Shown piece after piece: positions 59,169 through 64,000 of a stretch of DNA of 64,000 nt; position 1 is the stretch's first letter; every line of letters begins with the position of its first letter. The translations under genes and the position numbers were made by a program. The DNA lies in NCBI GenBank assembly GCA_043821705.1, contig JBDRCN010000001.1, forward strand, positions 8,851 to 72,850. Reading direction: 5' to 3'. Source of the DNA: Candidatus Omnitrophota bacterium. Lineage in GTDB: Bacteria; Omnitrophota; Gorgyraeia; Gorgyraeales; Gorgyraeaceae. Under the pieces are notes generated by a model. That model was not told where the DNA came from, ran no database searches, and saw only the letters and a program-made list of their open reading frames with translations.

Positions 59169-62100
59169 AAAGGACACATTTTCCAGAAAAACAGGGGCTA
59201 TATGATCCGCAGTTCGAGAAGGATGCTTGCGGCGTAGGGTTTGTCTGCAGTATTAAAGGGGAAAAGTCCAACTCTATTGTAAAACAAGGCATAGAGGTCC
59301 TGAATCGTCTTTCTCATCGAGGCGCAGTAGGATCTGATCCAAAGACAGGGGACGGCGCTGGGATCCTTATACAAACTCCGCATGAATTTTTTGTTAAGAT
59401 AGCTAAAAGAGCTAATATCGATCTGCCAGGACCAGGCTCTTATGGTACTGGACTTATATTTTTACCTCAAGACCCTCAAGACAGAAAGTCATGTAAAGGC
59501 ATATTTGAAGATACAATAAAAGAACATGGCCAAGTCCTTTTAGGCTGGAGGGATGTGCCAGTAGATGAAACTAACATTGGGAAGACTGCAAAAGACAGCA
59601 AACCCATATTCCAGCAGATATTTATAGGTAGAAGCAAGGATGTGAACGATGTCTTGGCTTTTGAAAGAAAGCTTTATGTCATAAGAAAACATGTCGAAAG
59701 CAGTATCAGCTTGTCTGGTTTAAAGGAGAAAAGATCATTTTATATAACTAATATATCTTGCTGTACATTTTCTTATAAGGGGCTTCTGATGCCAAGCCAG
59801 CTTGAGGAATTTTTTCTTGACCTTAAAGATGATTCGCTCAAAAGTGCCTTGTGTCTAGTACATTCGCGTTATAGTACTAATACATTTCCTACTTGGGACC
59901 TCTCACAGCCGTTTAGATTTTTAGCCCACAATGGAGAGATCAATACCATCAGAGGTAATGTAAATTGGGTAAGCGCTAGGGAAAGGCTTTTAGCAAGCGG
60001 ACTATTCGATCTAGACATAGAAAAGCTTAAACCTATTATTGTTGAAGGTGGAAGTGATTCAGCGCAAATAGATAATTTTTTTGAACTTTTAGTCCTGTCA
60101 GGTAGATCTCTTGGCCATGCTATGATGATGCTTATACCAGAGGCATGGGAAGGCAATAGTTCTATCAAGAAAGAGCTTAAGGAGTTTTATAGATATCATG
60201 CATGTTTTATGGAGCCGTGGGATGGGCCTGCTGCAATAGCATTTACTGACGGCCGATCTATAGGGGCAGTTCTGGACAGGAATGGGCTTCGTCCTGCGCG
60301 CTATATTGTGACTAACAATGATTTTGTTGTAATGGCATCTGAAGTAGGGGGTGCTGGATATACCAGCGAAAGATATAAAGCTTTCAGGAAGACTTGAACC
60401 AGGGAAGATCTTCTTTATTGATACTGAGGCTGGCAAGATCATACATGATTCCGAGATCAAAGAAGGACTTTCAGCGCGCTCCCCATATGAAGAATGGAAT
60501 AAAAATAACATAGTATATCTTGATAAGATGGTCAGTAGCCGGAGAGGAGGTCAAAAATTAGATGACCTCATCTCTAATCTTAAAGCATTTGGCTATTCTC
60601 GCGAAGACCTGAAGATCATCCTAAAACCTATGGCTGAGGAAGGGAAAGAACCTGTTGGTTCTATGGGCAATGATACTCCTCACGCATTTTTATCTAACAA
60701 ATCACAGCTTATATATAATTATTTCAGACAACTCTTTGCCCAAGTCACTAATCCAGCTATAGACCCTATAAGGGAAAAACTTGTGATGAGCCTTGATAGT
60801 TTTATAGGGCCTGAACAGAATATCCTGGAAGAAACGCCGCTACATAGCCATAAGATCATGGTAAAAAACCCGATCCTCACAAACGATGAACTTGAGAAGC
60901 TGCAGGATATAAGTATGAATGGTTTTAAGGCAAAGACCATATATACATTTTTTGATAAAAATACAGGAAAAGAAGGTTTTGTAAAAGCGCTTGAAAGGAT
61001 ATGTTTTGAAGCAGAATATGCTATTGAGAAAGGATATTCCTTTATTATATTGAGCGACAGAGGAGCTGATAAAGATAATATCGCGCTTCCCTCGCTTTTA
61101 GCTACAAGCGCTGTGCATCAACATCTTGTCAGGAAAACTATACGTTCCCAGGTAGCTTTGATAGTTGAAAGCGCAGAACCAAGAGAGGTCCATCATTTTG
61201 CACTTCTCTTTGCTTATGGAGCAGGTTGTATCAATCCATATCTGGCATATGAAGCGATCGACTATCTTATCTCACAAAATGAGATCCATGTAGACATCAA
61301 AAGCGCTATAAAGAATTACAATAAGGCAATAAGGGACGGGATACTAAAGATACTCTCGAAGATGGGTATATGCACTCTCAGGAGTTATAAAGGCGCTCAG
61401 ATATTTGAAGCGCTAGGTTTAGATGACTCTGTGATAGAAAAATATTTTACTGGCACTGTCTCTAGGATAGGCGGGGTTGATATCGAGGGCATAGCAGAAG
61501 AGACTATAGATAGGCACAAAGAAGCATATCCTGCCAGGGATGTCGGGAATGACCACCTGACAAGCGGAGGGGTCTATCAATATAAAAAAGACGGAGAATT
61601 CCATCTATGGAATCCTGATACAATATCGAGCCTGCAGGATGCCACAAGAAATAATGACTATGAAAAATATAAAAAGTTCGCAGGTTTTATAAATGACCAG
61701 TCAGGAAATCCTACGACACTAAGAAGCCTTTTTAAGTTTAAAAAAACACGATCTATCCCTATAGATAAGGTAGAGCCTATTGAAGACATCATGAAACGTT
61801 TTGCAACAGGTGCGATGAGCTTTGGTTCTATCTCAAGCTCAGCTCACGAGACTATTGCTATTGCGATGAATAGGATCGGAGGAAAATCTAATACAGGAGA
61901 AGGCGGTGAAGACCCGAACAGGTTTATAACATTACCAACTGGAGATTCAAGAAGGAGTGCTATAAAACAGGTCGCATCAGGCAGGTTCGGGGTCACTATA
62001 AATTATCTTACAAACGCAGATGAGATACAGATAAAGATCGCTCAAGGTGCTAAGCCAGGAGAAGGAGGACAGCTTCCAGGGCATAAGGTAAGCGAGGTGA

Positions 62101-63698
62101 TCGCGAGGACTAGATACACCACTCAAGGAGTGACTCTTATTTCACCTCCGCCACATCACGATATATATTCTATAGAAGATCTTGCGCAGCTTATCTTTGA
62201 TCTAAAGAACGCTAATCCTTACGCAAGGATCAGCGTCAAACTTGTTTCAGAAGTAGGGGTAGGCACTGTTGCAGCTGGTGTAGCAAAAGGCCATGCTGAT
62301 ATGATCCTTATCTCAGGTGGAGATGGCGGCACAGGTGCTTCTCCCAGGAGTTCTATAAGATACGCAGGCCTTCCCTGGGAGTTAGGCCTCTCTGAAACCC
62401 ATCAGATATTAGTATTAAATAATCTGCGCTCAAGGGTCAGACTACAGACTGATGGCCAGATGAGGACAGGAAAAGATGTTGCTATCGCAGCTATGCTTGG
62501 AGCAGAGGAATATGGTTTTTGTACAGCATGTTTGATAATAATGGGTTGTGTGATGCTCAGGCATTGCCATCTGAATAATTGTTCAGTAGGTGTTGCGACT
62601 CAGGACAGCATATTGCAGAAGAAATTCATGGGAAAACCAGAACATATTGTTAATTATTTTCATTTTATAGCAAAGGAAATACGCGAGATCTTGGCTTCTC
62701 TAGGAATTGAGAAGATGGACAATCTCATAGGTAGATGTGATCTTATAGAGGTGGATAAAAGCCTAGCTCCTAAAAAAGCAAAAAATATAGATTATTCAAG
62801 GATACTTTATAGTTTAAATGTCCCTAAGAACATTGGCAGGCGTTATGAGCCTAAGAAGGAAGAGCCTTTAAAACATGTTCTTGATAGAGAGCTTATAAAG
62901 AGATGCGAGCCTCTATTTAAAGAAAACAAACCAGTGAATATATCGCTGGGGATCAATAACACAAATAGAGCTACAGGTACTATGCTCAGTGGTGAAATAA
63001 ATAGAAGATGTGGGGACGGTGTGCTTCTAGAGGATACAGTTATCTGTAAATTCAAGGGTATTGCTGGCCAGAGTTTTGGCGCATGGCTTGCAAAAGGAGT
63101 TACATTCCATCTTGAAGGCATGGCAAATGATTATACAGGAAAAGGTATTTCAGGAGGAAAGATCATTATATACCCTGACAAGGACGCAAGATATAAAAGC
63201 GATGAGAATGTAATAATAGGTAATACTACTTTTTATGGAGCTATCCAAGGAGAAGCATATATCAGAGGGATAGCTGGGGAGAGGTTCTGCATACGCAATT
63301 CTGGGCTATATGCTGTCTGCGAAGGCGTAGGAGACCACGCTTGCGAATATATGACAGGTGGAAGGGTCGTCATATTAGGAAGGACAGGAAGGAATTTTGC
63401 AGCTGGTATGTCTGGCGGGATAGCATATGTATATGATGAAGATAATTCTTTTAAGGATAGATGCAATACTGATATGGTAGAACTAGAAAGCATAAAAGAA
63501 AAAGACAAAGATACGATATATCACCTTCTCCATAACCATTTTAAATATACAGGCAGTGAGAAGGCAAAAAATATCCTCGATGACCTGAATAAAGAACTGA
63601 AAAGATTCATAAGGGTCATCCCAATGGAATATAAGAGGATAGTAGAAGGTATCGAGGTAGAAGAGAAGCTAGACTTATTGGAGGAATCTGATGGGTGA
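59165..63698 (+). CDS. gltB: Glutamate synthase large subunit GltB, interrupted by a +1 frameshift in a G5 run (ORFs 59165..60397 and 60351..63698)
   Basis: The amidotransferase domain ends ...MASEVGG, and the rest continues in the +1 frame as [18 protein letters not shown]. Removing one G from 60346-60350 restores the canonical SEVGVLDIP. Confidence 0.85.
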
Positions 63699-64000
63699 TC
63701 CAAAAGGTTTTTTAAAACTCTCCCGTAAAGAAGGAGACTATAGAGCAGTGTGTGAAAGGATCCAGGATTTCAAGGATGTCTCTAAGGTGCGCTCTCAGGC
63801 AGCATCGCAGGAGCAGGCATCGCGTTGCATGGATTGCGGGACACCATTTTGCCATTCTGCTTGTCCAATAGGGAACTATATACCAGAATGGAACGATCAT
63901 ATGTTCCATGGGCGCTGGAAAGACGCATTGCTTCTATTGGAGGCCACTAATAATCTGCCAGAAGTGACAGGAAGGGTATGTCCTGCGATCTGTGAATACG
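63691..64000 (+). CDS. gltD: Glutamate synthase small subunit GltD (5' part; continues beyond window)
   Basis: ATG overlaps the gltB stop. The translation is [15 protein letters not shown]...[11 protein letters not shown]...[10 protein letters not shown]. Confidence 0.85.
   Translation, partial: MGDPKGFLKLSRKEGDYRAVCERIQDFKDVSKVRSQAASQEQASRCMDCGTPFCHSACPIGNYIPEWNDHMFHGRWKDALLLLEATNNLPEVTGRVCPAICEY

Overview
This is an AT-rich (~38% GC) chromosomal segment from a Gram-negative bacterium, with LPS biosynthesis (lpxD, lpxC-fabZ fusion, lpxA, lpxI), BamA, Skp and a split transketolase. It is densely packed with housekeeping genes and spans the replication-origin neighbourhood. The gene order, 5' to 3', is: rarA, pheT, pheS, trkA, trkH, rplT-rpmI-infC-thrS, a tRNA-Val/Leu/Cys cluster, coaBC, rpoZ, gmk, yicC, ndk, parB, parA, jag, yidC, yidD, rnpA, rpmH, then dnaA, dnaN, a DUF721 gene, gyrB and gyrA (recF is absent). 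Downstream come tRNA-Glu, an outer-membrane protein, hisG, a TPR lipoprotein, tktN/tktC, and ispE-spoVG-tRNA-Gln-glmU-prs-rplY-pth, which matches the Firmicutes gene order. These are followed by rpsF-ssb-rpsR-rplI-dnaB, bamA-skp-lpxD-lpxC/fabZ-lpxA-lpxI, a GAF-ANTAR regulator, queF, glnA, a secreted hypothetical protein, an ECF-like sigma factor, an OM protein, amt-glnB, a second glnA, a Fis-like HTH gene, and gltB with the start of gltD. Four groups of non-coding observations stand out:
- Intein: a 464-aa LAGLIDADG intein sits inside gyrA at a site that is not the catalytic-tyrosine position.
- Repeats: at least six families of short structured intergenic repeats are present (A-F; A, B and C are MITE-like with terminal inverted repeats, and A shows a compensatory stem change). 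They are nested in clusters at 224-554, 2137-2338, 19279-19803 (the rpmH-dnaA spacer) and 56868-57336. A 21-nt duplication of the tRNA-Gln 3' end also occurs.
- Nitrogen regulon: a GAF-ANTAR regulator is encoded near three paralogous 5' leaders (sigma-like gene, amt-glnB, glnA2). Each leader carries a CACA-N-TGTG palindromic hairpin plus a strong intrinsic terminator abutting the RBS, which suggests antitermination control of N-assimilation genes.
- Frameshifts: gltB and coaBC are each broken by a single-nucleotide indel in a homopolymer, most likely assembly error.

Small unlisted genes (rpmH, a bS22-like 31-aa basic ORF) and a SpoVG with an inserted zinc ribbon are also noted. Coordinates of features not taken from the ORF track may be off by 1-2 nt.
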